Shown here: piece after piece, positions 12,979-27,900 of the stretch
Numbering within the stretch: the stretch's first letter is position 1
How the letters are laid out: each line of letters begins with the position of its first letter
Assembly (NCBI GenBank): GCA_964035545.1
Contig: OZ037770.1
Coordinates: 5,714,729-5,778,728, forward strand
Origin: Bugula neritina
Lineage: Eukaryota; Animalia; Bryozoa
Reading direction: 5' to 3'
DNA length: 64,000 nt
The notes under the pieces: model-generated
What the model was told of the DNA's origin: nothing
Database searches by the model: none
Seen by the model: the letters and a program-made list of their open reading frames with translations, nothing else
Program-made: the position numbers and the translations under genes

Positions 12979-15900
12979 TTAAACGCTGCTACTTTCATAT
13001 TTTAGCAGTCGTAAAATTGCCGGTCTTGGAAGCTTTCTCTTGTACAGGAGGTAAGCATAGATAGCTATGTTTAAGATAACAATGATCACTATCACTGGTA
13101 CCACTATGATAGCTATAATCCCTGGAATCACATTGATTAAATTATAGCTGCATTTTCCTTTGATATATATAACAAGCACTGGAACAACTACACACAAAAA
13201 GCAAAGATTAATATTAAATTAATATAGACAGTTATAGACACTATTTACAAATTACCGAATTTAACTTAAAATTACAATTCAACAAGAAGTCATGGTGAAA
13301 TAGTGAAAATGTGCTTTGTCAAAGCAGCAGTGACTTTAGCAACTTGTAAAACTTAGGCTATCATAGTGCAGCAGTTCTTATCATGCAATTACACAACTCT
13401 CAGGAAAACCTGGAATTTCAATTTCTTGTGAAATTTTGGAATCCTTGACAAATATGCACGCAAAGTTAAAGTAACTGCATGGGGATTGCCTACCTGCAGA
13501 AGTACGAGCAGACTTAACAGGAGTATTCACGTGGCTGCTAAAGAACTTTACTTGACCAATAGTGTAGTTTTCACCAGCAACCGAAACCTGTATCCATAAT
13601 GAGATATAAATACATATATTCCCAGCGTTGCATTCAAAAGAGCGATGCCTAAGAATGAAGGCCTTTCAAGAATGCAGATAAAATCAAGATAATAAAATTC
13701 AAAAACAAAATTCAGGCCCATCAGAAAATATTTGGGGCTGAAAAACTTATCAACTTTTAAATTAAAAACTTAAAAGTTATTAGTTTGCAGGTCAATCTAT
13801 AAAAGGTTTCCATCTGTCCTTTTAACTTCTAATGGAATCTACCTTCACACCAGAAAAAAATGGTATGCCTATGCTTCAGAAACTAAACTAAAAACTACTT
13901 GCTACTAATCTATAAGGATTACCTGTAAGTCAGCAATGGGGTTGGGAGTATGAGCTGGTATGCTGATGGAGTCCAGTGGAGGTCGACATACAACAGCAGC
14001 TTTGCTAATACTGGTGACATCACAGAGTAGCTGAGTTCTGCTTTCAACAAACTTCAGATAAATCTTATAGTCGGATATTATGAGGGAAGTGTCTAAATTG
14101 GATCCGGTTACATCTATGGTTGTGTTGGTCCACAGGTCAAATATCTAAAGAATTTCCAATATCAGTGTGATTTCAAAATTCAAAACGACTTTTATGTACT
14201 GTAAAGTGTTTAGACAGAATCAGTTATCAACATAGCATATTTTGAATAATTGTGACAGAAAAGTTGAGTTTATTAAACTAAATAAATTATTATATAAAGC
14301 AAAAAGCTTGGCATAAATTAACAAGCTCTCTAAGTTCACTTTATAATTAAGTTTCAAGTTGTGGGTTTTTTGTGTTTTTTTGCTGTAACCTACCATGATT
14401 TGTTCAAAAGTGTCAAAAGTTGGCTCGGTGTTGGAGATGGTGAAGTCAAACTGACTCCCGATGTGAGTTTTCCCGTCTAACAGCAGTGTGGCAGTCAAAG
14501 TGAGAAACTCTTCAGCTTCAGTGATTACACTTCTTTTAGCTGAAAGTAAGTTCCATTATAAAGACTTTTGTGATAAATGCATTCATTAAACACTTTGTTG
14601 ATACTGAACATAAAAGCATCATACAAGCATGCAATGTTACCTTTGCCATCAAAGAACTGAGAAAAATCTGGAGATATGCAGGTCAGTGCGCTTCCAGAGT
14701 TTCCAAGCTCACAGGCCTAAAACAAAGCAGCATTTAAAATGATATAAGTGAAGTCATACTAGATTTAAAGGCAGTGTACTTAAATAGTTCCAAAACTGTG
14801 CAGTAGTTCTAACCAGATCATTATAAATGAAGAACATCATTAACTGTTCATCTATTCCCTGAAAAAAAATAACGGTTAGACATCAGCAGCTATGAATAGA
14901 GATATAATAACTGTAACTGAGTATCATACCGTGACAGCGCTAACGCTAGTTGAGATGTTGCTGAACATCAGAGTGTGGTTGTACGCCGAGTCAAAGTTAT
15001 CACCTTTAAAGAATATTTCAAAACCTCCTCTACAAAAGTATGATCATTGTTTAATTGAAATAAAATGAATCTTGAGTTTGTGGATTTCATTGCAAACAGG
15101 CTCAGTAAAATTTTTTCTAGAATTATAATTTAAAACTTTATTAAAATATTTTGAGAAGTTCTACTATAAACATAGGTAATTGTAATATTTTGATACACGC
15201 CAGTGGCACAAGAAAGAAATTGCATGGTAGCACATACTAGCACATGGTAACACATGCCAGCACATGCTACTACATGTTGACATGTGTCAGTAAAATTGGC
15301 AAGAGGTATGCGCTAGTGAGATTACTTGTTTATTAGGTATGACAAAACCGTTGTGTTGCAATACATTCCAAGCCTAAGGAATCTACATGCAGTGACGTAC
15401 ATGTTACAGTACACATAAAATCAGCAGTTATTATTTTCGATATCTAGAAATCTAGAAATATTTTAAATAGCATGAAAATATACTTCATGCAGTCAATCAC
15501 ACTTGATTCAAATGAGTTAGCAGTTTTAATTTTGTAACGTATTTTACTTTCAATTTAGGAAAAATCGCATAATTATGGTAAATGTAACCGAAGAAAATAC
15601 TTATATTGTAGGGTTGGGTTTAGCCATCAGTTTCTGTGGTGTAACTGACTGAAGCAACTGTTTGCAAGCCGAAGTTTTTTGGTTCAAATGTCACTGGGAA
15701 GGGAGGGGTGAAACAACATTTTTTTATCTAATGTTTGCAATAATAGCTCAATCATTTACTTAGCAATTTTGACTACCAAGAAAATTGATTAATTACCTAA
15801 AAATGCACCATTATTTAGCAATCATACTATAAGTACCTGGGATTGGCACTAGATAGCCCACCTGGAAATCACACTTTTGCGATTGATAGAATAGATTGCT

Positions 15901-18900
15901 GGATCTGGTAAATACTCGTAGCTTTCACTACTTGGATTCCCGGGTAGCACTTCCACATCAACTGTGCCAAGTCCATTTTGAGATTGAGGCATGTAAAAAA
16001 TTAGGGTCTGTGTTGATACCCTGAAAGCAAAATAAAATAGTTATCTATAATATATCAAATGACATTACCATTTTCCTCTATCTGTAAATCCTCTATGAAA
16101 CTGTTTTATAAACAATCATTTAAAAATAACTTACCGACTGAATTTAAAGAACTGTTTTTGGGCAAGAAATATTTGAGACTTCTCAGTAAATATTCCAGTC
16201 AGAGTTACGAGAGTCCCTCCTGATCGTTGCCCCTTTTTAGGTTCCATCTTCCATAATGCAGGTTTCTGCAAGGAATAGTTTTAACCAGATGACTTTTAAA
16301 ACAATCCATGATCAACAACAACACTTTTAGTAAGTGATTAAGTGAGTGATTGAGTGAGTATTTGTGACTAAGTGACTGAGTGAGTGAGGGAGTGAGTGGA
16401 TGAGTAAGTAGCTGAGTGAGTGAGGAAGTAAGTAAATACTGTAATGGATTTCAGTGGTGCAATTTATTGTTAGTTATTATATCGAAAAGGTCGACTCTAT
16501 ATTTTATGCTGTGGTGGAGTTCGACTACATCGACCTCCTGCGACTTGTAGCTGTGACCAACAGTGGCACCACTAATAACTACCAATCAGGACTGACATTC
16601 TAATTGATAGCAGGTGGAGCTAGCTACTCGTAGTGGAAGCGCGCTGAGTAGCTAGCCAGGCAGAGCAGCTTGGGACTTCATTTAGAGTGGTTGTGTATTA
16701 AAGCTCACTTATTATGTAACCATTTCTATTCATGTTTAGCAGTAATTAGAACTTCTTGTAGCGTGTAAATAAGAAACTTATCAAAGCGTAAACAACCTGG
16801 TGTAGTGGCTTTGTTTAGGTTGGCCCACACATAATATAATGAATTGCGACATTCACTACAGTGGTGGCAGCAGTGGGATTCCACTTAATACAAATGCTCC
16901 TAGCCAGGGAGTAAGATGGCCGACGAGGACGACGCGCCCGAACAAGAACCGGCAGCAGTAGAGGAGGATCACATAGGCGGCCCAGCGCTGCCTATGGACA
17001 GGTACCACTTGTGGGCTCCCATCTTCTCAGGGAAAGAAGATGTGGAGCAATTCATCACGGAGTTTAGTTATGTGGCGGCCATCCGCAGATGGCCGAATAG
17101 GGTTACTCTGATCCAGCTGCGGTTATGTCCGACAGGGCCGGCTAAACCCTATGGGATAAGCCAGAATGTCGGTGACATATTTGAAGCATTACGAGCTCGG
17201 TTTGGATTAACCGCTCGAGATGCTCGCCTGCAACTGCAGGGGCTTAGGAAAAATCGTAAGACCAACCTGCGAGAGCATGCTACCGCAGTCGAACGACTGG
17301 CACAAGACGCCTACGGTGACTTGCCTGCTGATAGTCGACAGAGCCTAGCACTGTATGCATTCATCAAGTCAACCTCGGTCTAAAACAGTGAGTGGCCAAA
17401 GTTGAGACTATGGAGAGAGTTCTAAGGCTTGGGAATGCCTATTTCCAAGCTGACAGTGCGAGTCGACCTGGTGCAACAATACAGCAGGTCGGAGCAGACG
17501 ACGACGTGTCGACGTGTCGACGTCGCCGGCGAAGACAGCTGTACATGTCGCCTCGGCAGCAGCAGACGAATCGACTAGCTTGACCACAAGCTTGATTCGA
17601 GAACTGCTAGCCGAGATCAGGCAACTGCACCAGCAGTCGACAGCCGAGCGACCCAGGAGGTCGTCGGTAGCTGTCGACGACAGGCGCCGCCCCGTATGCT
17701 GGGGCTGTGGTAGTGGTGGGCACTTCATACGAAGTTGCCCCCGCGCTAATGAGAGGCAGTTAAACAGCAACGGCCCACGGTAACTTCCGCCGACCGTGGG
17801 CCCCAGTTTAACCCCCAAGGCAGAGGCCAAGGCCCGAACCCCACCGGATGTGGAGACCGCCTTCGCCAGACTGGCAATCCCCAAGGAGAGTGAGTAGGCC
17901 GCAAGGCCCACCAAAACCTCCGGCTTAGGCACTCAAAAACCGCTTTGAAGGTTTGCTTGATGAGAGAGTGAACGACGAGTGGGAGCAAAACAGGGAGATT
18001 TTCCTCGGTTGCCCACACGAGGATCAGTCCGAGAATTCACTCAGCCGCCCGTGTGCGAGCGAGACCGAGACGTAACCTGCCTGCCCACGCAACGTCGACG
18101 ACCCCCTCGCAACCGAAAAGCACAGGTGCATCCCCAACTCCTTGCATATGAGGTGTCGCCTCAAGAGACGAACTGCTCAGTGAGCGCTCAGCCATATGGA
18201 AACGGCTATTTTCTCCCCGGCAAACTTGCTGGCAAAGCTGTCACATTCCTGTTGGATACTGGGTGCACCACAAATCTACTGAGTCGGCGTCTATTTGACA
18301 CTCTCAGTGCCAGGGACAGGGCTAGCCTAGAACCATATGAAGGGGAACACGGCACGTTGGCGGACGGGTCGTGTATTCCTTTCTATGGGGTAATCCAGTT
18401 GACTGGTAGAGTCCGTGATCAGACGATCAGTGAGACCTTCACCGTCAGTCAACTCAAGGAGGACACCATCTTGGGTATGCCATTTCTGAAGCGACACAGG
18501 TGCTACATCGACTTTAGCAAGTCGGCGGTAGTGATGGCCGGGTGTGAGCTGGCCTGTGTCAACCGATTTGGCCGACCCTTGGTGGGGGAGTGCAGGTGGT
18601 ACAGCGTTGCACTTTACCTGAACGCTCCCGGGCTACAGTTTGCTGCAGAATGAACTGTAGGGAAATCTCTGAGCTAGGAGTGGTGGAAGGTGCACTGGGG
18701 GGCGTCCAGCTCGCTAACAGTCTGAATAGGCTGAATGAGCGGGGGAGTTCCTGGTCCAGTGCTTAAATCCTTTCACGGGGTCGGTAGAATTGCCGGCTGG
18801 GTCTCTAGTGGGGAAGTTCCACTCCGTATAGGAAGAGGATGTAGGGCCCGCGCTGGAGACGGCGGATGAAGCCCGTGGGGTACCCACTAGAGACGGCAGG

Positions 18901-21900
18901 GGGCCGGTGCCTGAACACATAGCGGAGTTGTACAAGGATGCCTGTGATGGCTGTGAGAGCAAGCGAGAACGCCTGGTGATGGCGCAGCTACTCTTCGAGT
19001 CCAAGGATGTGTTTAATTGCGGCGACCATGTCATGGGTCTGACTAAGACTGTCTGTCATGAGATACCCCTGGCGACGGGGACGGCGCCCATTTGGCAGCC
19101 GACCCGCCGGTTAGGTCCTGAGAAGGAGAGAGAAGTGAGCCGTCAGGTGAAAGACCTTCTGAACCGGGACCTGATTGAGCCAGGCCATGGGGCCTGAAGT
19201 TCTCCAGTCGTCCTAGTTTAGAAAAAGGATGGGTGCTGGAGGTTTGCGTTGATTATCGCAGGCTGAACAGCGTGACCATCCAGGACGCTTACCCTCTTCC
19301 TAGTATCGATGAGTTGCTCGATGCCATAGCTGGTAGCAAGTACTTCAGCATGTTGGACTTGCTAAGCGGGTATTGGCAGGTGCCCCTGAGTCCTGAAGCA
19401 CAAGACAAGGCCGCGTTCATAAGGCGAGATGGGCTCTGGAAATGGAAGTTGATGCCATTCGAACTTACGTCCGCACCGGCCACCTTCCAGCGACTCATGG
19501 AGCAGGTCCTGATTGGGCTGCACTGGAAGACCTTGCACACATGTTAAATCGGCTAACAGTAAAAGGGGTGCGATGGCAGTGGACGCAGGCCGAGCAGAAG
19601 GCATTTGACCACCTGAAGGATCGCCTATTGGAAGCACCCATCTTGGCATATCCTGACCCTGCGAAGGAGTACATTTTGGATACTGATGCCAGTAACCATA
19701 ATGTGGGGGCTGTGCTGTCGCAAGTCCAAGATGGTCGCGAGGCGCTGGTAACTTACTACAGTAAGGCTCTGTCGGCGATGGCTTACTATAGCAAAGCCCT
19801 GTCGGCACCTAAGATAAACCATTGTACAACCAGGAGGGAACTCCTGGCAGTAGTCAAGGCGGTCAAACACTTTAGACCATATCTATATGGGCGTACATTG
19901 CGGCTTTGGACAGAGCATGCGTCTTTGATATGGCTGTGTTGACGGGCGGAACCATCAAGCCAAGTAGCGCGCTGGCTAGAGATCCTGGCAGAGTTTTTTT
20001 ATTGGGTCGAACATCGACCCGGTAAGAAGCATGGTAATGCCGATGGACTCAACCGCTGTCAGGCAGATGGGTGTAAGCAGTACCAGAATATTGAGCGCAG
20101 AGATGGTGGACCCCCTCGCTCGGACGTTGAAGCGCAGTTGGGGAAAGCGGGTGTATACAGCTGGGAAGAAGGGCAACTCCTGTCCGAATCTCTTAACGAA
20201 GCTGTTAACAACCTTCACGCAAACCCCACGTTGCTAAGGAACGTCAGGAAGCTATGTCGGCTCCAGGCTACGTTACCAGGAGTGGTAGCTGACCTAGTCC
20301 GGGCCAAGAAAGAGAGACGGCGGCCGAGCGAGGCCAAACAGCGAGTGAGGAGCGCAGAGTTTAAATACTTTTGTGATCGCTGGGACTCCCTCAGGTTCAA
20401 CAGCGATGGGCTGCTACTGATCACGTTGGCAGCCGGCACCAATCGCAGTGTACGAGAGAGGGTAGTCTGCCGGTCCGCTCTGTAGCGGGAGTTGATCTGG
20501 GACGCCCATAGGCAAGCTCACGCGGGAGCTAGCCGGGTGACTAAATGTCTTCAACTCCAGTGGTTTTGGCCCGGTATGAACGGAGATGTCTCACTCCGGG
20601 TGCGGAAGTGCGAGGTATGCCAAGCTAGCAAACATGGCCGCCCCACTGAGACCGCAGGGAGGCGTCGCCTCCATGCCGGTCATCTGTGGCAGATAGTTGC
20701 TGTTGATCTAGTAGATCCCGTGCCCACGACAGTGAGAGGTAAGCCAAAGTTCGTAGGTCCCTACTGCGTAATTGAGGTGATGCCAAATCACACCTATAAA
20801 GTGGAACGGTCTGGACAAGTGTCGATCCAGAACGAGGCACAGCTGAAACCTCACTGGGCGAGTCCTGATGCGGCAGGCCAAGCACCTCCTCTCTTAGAGC
20901 CCGCTAGATGCCCTCCTATGAGGAGGCGAGGCATGGCGTATAGAGAGATCGAGGAGATACTGCCAGATCAGGACGGGGCGGCTGACACGCCGCCCGACCA
21001 ACCCCAGCCACCTCCACCCCAGGAGGAGGAGGCCGACACACCAGAAGACCTGTCAGAGCCGGCCCCACTACCTGTGGAACCGGTTGGCAGGCCCATCGTC
21101 CCGGATGAGATGGAAGTTCCTCAAAGTCATGAGGAAAAGGCAGCTGGGGGAGGACCACCCGTACTGGTGAACCCCCATACTGGCGACACCACCCGTGGTG
21201 GAAGAGTCACCAGTCGTAGCAAATTCCCCAATGCAGTTGGAGCGTAGGTAACGCACTAGGGCGCCTCCATCTTACTTAAGAGATTTTTTGTGTGATGCAG
21301 TGGAAATACATCCTTCAGCTATCATAAAAGAAATCTGGGGGAACGAGCAATTGAGAGTTGCATTTCCAAAATATAAGGAGACGCAACTGTGAGTTGCCTG
21401 CTCAGTGGTGTAAATATAAAACACCACCGGGGGTAAAGAAAAGAGCGAAGCCAGCTCGCTAGTGAAAGGGGTATTATTTAATCACTTTCACTGCGAAGAG
21501 CGTTCTTTTCTATTTTAACTGCCAACGTTTTAACTGACAACGCATCGACGTAACATTACTTCAAGAGGGATCCCATTAGACAAAGTAGCTTTTCCCTCTC
21601 CTCTCCTGGCGACGACGTACCAATGTAATAATACGGCCAGAAGGATACAACTAGGCAGAGTAGTTCCTCTCTTTTTTTGCTCTTAGCGACATCATAATAA
21701 TAAGAAGTAACAAGTAATATTAAAGATTTCTGCATGAAGTAATACTTAAATATAAAAGTCAAGATGAAGAAGTCTTCAACTCCCTCCTTTGGAAATTCGA
21801 CAGTGATGAGTGTGGATGTTGGTGTTCAACACGATCCCCTAGGAAGAGACCAGTCAACCCCCCTTTCCAATCTTCTTCCCCCTTTGGGGAGATTCCTTTG

Positions 21901-24900
21901 CCACGCTTGACTCTTCTGGGGGCTTCTCGAGGCCGCCATTGCTTGGTTTGGACTATGTGAATGTGATACAGGACATCCTTTCCTTATTATGCTCATGCTG
22001 TCTTATATTATTTGGTAAGAGACACTCGACCCTGCGACGGATCCAGATCGATCATCTTGTTAATATTGGAACTCAATTCGAGTATATTATTTTGTGTTGC
22101 CTTATTCCTGTCTGCTTTTTAAGCTATCATTTTATTCTTTTTTTTATGTTGTCATGTTAACATTATTCATAGACTGTATCTTTCGATGGGTGTGGCGAGT
22201 GTAATGGGTTTCAGTGGTGCAACTTATTGTTAGTTTATATATCGAAAGGGTCGACTCTATATTGTATGCTGTGGTGGAGTTCGACTACATCGACCTCCTG
22301 CGACTTGTAGCTATGGCCAACAATGGCACCACTAGTAACGACATATCAGGACTGACATTCTAATTAATAGCAGGTGGAGCTAGCTACTCGTAGTGGAAGC
22401 GCGCTGAGTAGCTAGCCAGGCAGAGCAGCTTGGGACTTCATTTAGAGTAGTTGTGTATTAAAGCTCACTTATTATGTAACCGTTTCTATTCATGTTTAGC
22501 GGTAATTAGAACTTCTTGTATCGTGTAAATAATAAACTTATCATAGCGTAAACAACCTGGTGTAGTGGCTTTGTTTAAGTTGACCCACACATAATATAAT
22601 GAATTGCGAAATTACCTACAATACTCACTTTGCAAAAGGGTATAGGTTTATCCCAGACACCATACACTGTTCCATTATCAAACAGAGCTCTTACACACGT
22701 CACAGTATCATAGCTGCTGCTGAGACCATAACCGTCATCACATCTGAACTTAATGGAGTCTTTGTTTATGTATTCATTTTTGTTTGGAGTAAAACTCAAG
22801 ACATTCTTAAGGTTGCTAATTTTAGGAGGGTAACACTTGGGTTGGGCTGGTAATAATAAAAACTGCTTTTAATACAATATATATGAAATAAATAAAGCTG
22901 TATAAACGTATGCACTAAGAAAAATATAAATATGTGTAAACCAACTCATAATTACAGAACTACACTTTTTGTTTGTCACAAAACTCCTAATGTAATTTTT
23001 ATTAAAGACCAGATTATTAACATTCACAATTGTAACACAAAAACTTATGTTACAATTGAAGCACTTTGGATTTAATAGTAGAGTAGTTACTCTTTATTAA
23101 ACAGAGCATTCAAATTTTGTCGTGTCATTTTTACTCTGCAAACTAACAACAATATTTTCAAACGTTAGTTTGTTTCATTTACTCAAAGAAACATATAATT
23201 TGTTTCGAAATAAATTAATTGTAGAGAAAACTGAAGTATATTGAGTGTTAAACTCACAGTAGGTTAGTGTTAGAATGTGCCCAGTACTTTTAATACTGGA
23301 TCCGGAGGAATCGCCAATGTAGATTAGACCGTCAATAACCTTGGCGGTGAGCGGAGAATTTACTTGGCACTTGTCCAAACCACCAGTTCTGAATTTAGGG
23401 TTTCTGCCATGCTGACCTATAATCATTATTAAGAGAACACAAGCACACAGTTGACAAGTTGTACAAGTACAAACTGCTAATTAAAGCTCATAAAATCTTT
23501 TATTCAGAAGGCTTTTCAACACACTTTTACTATACTACTCGTCATCAGTTGCAATCTCTTCCTGTTCCATTTTATTCCTCATTTGCTGGTCAACGCACCT
23601 CAAATTTTGTAATATCTGCACTGTGGAATAAGTTGCCTAATTTTTAAACGTTATACAGCCACTTTGCAAATTTAAAGATCTGTGATCTGTGGTGCCTTGT
23701 ATGGTAATGCCAACGTTGGGCCCGCGTACCACTAGCCATGCTAATTCGCACTGGCCTCATCATCACTTCCGACAGCTTATTTTTTATATACTGTTATTTG
23801 TTACTATGTTTCTTTTATAATTGTTTGTTTTGCTCTTGTAACTTTTCCTAGTTATAAAACACTATGTTATGATGCAAATAAAACACACACGCGTGCACAC
23901 ACACACACACACACACACACAAATACCCAGAGCTTGCAGTCACACAAAATGGTTTCGAAAATATGGTAGTTAATTTACGATTCACTATAATTAGTGGGTC
24001 TACTTATGCAAAGCCACTTCACCAGGTTTCTAACAAATTGAATAGACTTTATTATTTACGAATTATACAGAACAAAAACTATCAACACTAATGCACACGA
24101 TTTCATAAAGTGATTTATACACAACTTTACATGATTAGAACTCGATCTACTCTGCCGGCTACGCTGCCTAACAAGCTTCCACTATGCATTTGCAGCTCCG
24201 CCTACTACTAATTGTTAGTCACATTCCATTGGTGACGTCGACATGCCACCGAAGAATCAAGCGTGGCAAATTAACAGTGTTTTTTGATATTATTTGTTAG
24301 CCATGCAGTTATTTAATTTTTTAAATTTATAACATTATTACTAGCTGTCCTCCTTTAGTAGACCAAAGCAGCGTGATAAGCTACAGACGAGAAAAAAGAA
24401 GAACTCTTACGCCGCACTTTACGTGTCTTGGCTGTTAGTCATATTATTTAATTCTAGCAGTTATCTTTTAGTATTATTATTGTCGCTCGCTCATTGAAAT
24501 ATTAGCTCCTCACTGGAGTCGAAGAGCACCATCCACCACAACAGCCACCTGATCTGCTAGGATGACTTTCCAAGAGTTTAATAAAATAAATGCAGCAACG
24601 AGTCCAGTGAAAAAATCCAGTGAAGCGAATACAGAAAAGAGAACCATGGGTGACGGTGGTGCCAGGAGAAAGAAGTGCCCGCTCCTAGTTGAAATCTCAC
24701 CTGCAACAAAATACCAGAATCTGTTGTAGGGGTTTCCACCCAGTCAGTACGACACTGACGACTGAGTCACGCAGCCTAGCAACCCACTGATTACCAAATC
24801 ATACGAGCGACTGCCTCACTCTAAGTCGTCAGTGAAATCATCTGACTTAGAAAGCCAACTTCATCGTTATGATAAAGTGAGACTAATTGTTATGCTACTA

Positions 24901-27900
24901 GATTGCATTCTACCTAAATAATAGAATTATGCTAGTAGACTTACCATAAGACAGTTGCGACGCCAGTCGACTGCCCAATTAGGCTTTGTAGCTTGCCAGC
25001 CTGCCAAGTACGTGCTTGCAATATGACAGTTAAAATTGAAAAGAATGCTCTACACAGTGAAAGTGATTACATAACACCCCCTTTCACTAGCGAGCTGGCA
25101 TCCACACCCCCGGTAGCATTATTATAATATATATATACCACTGGGTAGGCAACTCACAGTTGTGTCTTCTTGTATTTTGGAAATGCAACTCTCAATTGCT
25201 TGTCCCCCTAGATTTCTTTTATGATAGCTGATGGATTTTTTCCACTGCATCACACAAGAAATCTTCAAATAAAATGGTGGCGCCCTAGTACGTTGGCTAC
25301 GCTCCAACTGCACCGGGGTGCTGCTACTACTGGTGACTGTACCACCACGGGTGGTGTCGTCAGTAAGGGGGGGAGGGGTCGACCAGTCCGGGTGGTTCTT
25401 TCCCAGCTGCCTCTTTCTCATGAATTTGAGAAAATTACATCTTATTCGGGGCGACAGGTGTGTCGGCCGGCTCCACTGGTGGTGGGGACGACCAGGGCGG
25501 GTCCGTCGGCGCTCGGCCGCTCCCTCCTGATCTGGCAGAACCTTCTCTATTTCTCTGTATGCAATAACCCGCCCTCTCATGGGAGGGCGTCGCGCAGGCT
25601 CTAAGAGTGGAGGGGCCTGTCCTGCCGCGTCAGGGCTTGCCCAGTATAGTTTCAACCGTGCTTTGTTCTGAATCGACACAGTCCAGAACGTTCCATTTTA
25701 TAGGTGTGATTTGGCATCACCTCAATACTGCAATGCGGCCATGCTTACTAACTTGGCATAACTCACACTTCCGCACCCAAAGTCAGACATCACGGGTCAT
25801 GCCGGGCCATAACCATTGGAGTTGAAAACACCAAGTCACCCGTCCAGCTCTTGCATGAGCCTGCTTAAGGGTGTCCTAGATCAACTCCCGCCGCATAGCA
25901 AATGGACAGACTACTCTCTCTCGTTCACTGCAGTTGGTGCCGGCTGCTAACGTTAACGTTAACAAACCATTGCAATTAAACCGGAGGGAGTCCCAGCGGT
26001 CACACAAATATTTAAACTCCGCACATTCAACCCGCTGTTCGGCACACTAGGCTGCCGTCCTTCCTTCTTGGCCCGGATTAGGTCAGCTACTACCCTGGTA
26101 GCGTTGCTTGGAACCGACACAGCTCCTTGAAGTTCCTGAGCAGCGTGGGGTTTGCATGAAGGTTATTAACAGCTTTACTAGGGGCTTCGGACCGAAATTG
26201 TCCTTCCTACCAGCTGTATATACCTACTTTCTCCACGTGCTCTTCAACGTCCGTGCGATGGGGTCCACCATCTCTACGCTTGATATTTTGGCATTGCTTA
26301 CACCCATCTGCTTGATGGTGGCTCACTTCGTCGGCATTACCGTGTTTTTTACCGGGTCGGTGTTCGATCTGATAAGAAAAATCTGCCAGGATTTTAAGCC
26401 AGCGCGCTACTTGGCTAGATGGCTCAGCCCGTCGACACAGCCATATCAAAGAAGGTTTCACCGCCTTGAATACTGCCAGGAGCTCTCTTTTGGTAGTAGA
26501 GTAATTCTTCTCAGGCGCCGACAGAGGCTTACTGTAGTAAGTTACCAGCGCCTCGCAGCCATTTTGGACCTGAGACAGCACCGCCCCCACATTGTGTCTA
26601 CTGGCATCAGTATCCTAAATGTACTCCTTCGCCGGATCAGGGTACGCCAAGATGGGCGCCTCTACCAAGCGATCCTTGACGTGGTCAAATACCTGCTGTT
26701 CCATCTGCGTCTACTGTCATCGCATCCCCTTTGCTGTCAGCTGGTTTAGTGGCTGCGCAATTCCTGCAAAGTCTGGTATGTACTGACGATAGTACCCTAT
26801 CAGTCCCAGGAATGCCCGCAATTCAGGGAGGTCGACAGGGACAGCCCAGTCTCTCACAGCCCATATCTTCTCGGGGTCAGTGGCGACCTTGACTCGACCA
26901 ACTACATGGCTCAGGTACTTAACCTCTTGTTGCAACAATGTGCACTTGGAGGGCTTAAGCTTCAGACCAGCAGCTCGAAGTCTGTCAAACACCTCTCTAA
27001 GTCGACTGACATAAGTGTCAAAGTCGGAGGAGATGACAATGACATCATCGAGATAGAAGAGCAAGGTTTTCCAGTGTAACCTGCTCAAGACCTGCTCCAT
27101 GAGTCGCTGGAAGAAGGCCGGCGCAGACGTAAGTCGAAACGGCAACACCTTCCATTTCCAGAGCCCATCCCGCAAAATAAACGCGGCCTTGTCCTGTGCA
27201 TCAAGACTTAAAGGCACCTGCCAATACCTGCTTAGCAAGTCCAACGTACTGAAGAACTTGCTACCAGCTAAGGCATCGAACGACTCAACGATCCTTGGAA
27301 GAGGGTAAGCGTTCTGGATAGTCACGCTGTTCAGTTTGCGATAATCCACGCAAAACCACCAGCTTCCATCTTTATTTCCAACCAGAACAACTGGAGAGTT
27401 TCAAGCACCATGGGCTGGCTCAATCAGGTCTCGGTTCAGAAGTTCTTGCACCTGTCGGCTCACTTCCTTTTCCTTCTCAGGACCTAACCGGCCAGTCGGC
27501 TGCCTGATAGGCACCGTCCCAGCTGCCAGGGGTATCTCATGCCAGACAGCCTTAGCCAGGCCCATGTCATGATCGCCGCAACTGAAACACATCGTTGTAC
27601 CCAGAGAGTAGCTGCGCCACCACCAGGCGTTCCCGCTTACTCTCATCAGGCATCCCCGTAAAAATCTACCAAGTGGTCAGGCGCCGGCCCCCTGCCATTC
27701 CTAGTGGGTACCTGTCGAGCCTCGTCCGCTGTTTTCAGGGCCAGTCCGACATCTTCTTCCTGTATGGAGTGGAATTTCCCCACTAGTGACCCAGCCGCCA
27801 ATTCTACCAACTCCGTGAAAGGATTCACAATCTGGACCAAGAACTCCCCCCACTCATCCAGTCTATTCAGACTGTTGGCGAGCTGAACGCCCCCCAGTGC

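Larger units (their letters stand above)
16440..22620 (+). mobile_element. Ty3/Gypsy LTR retrotransposon, decayed (element 1), antisense in intron 7 of the receptor gene
   Basis: 421-bp TG..CA LTRs at 16440-16860 and 22200-22620 (about 25 mismatches by hand, ~94% identical). 4-bp TSD ATAC at 16436-16439 and 22621-22624. PBS at 16862-16881; degenerate PPT at 22185-22199. Domain order gag, PR, RT, RH, IN. Confidence 0.97.
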
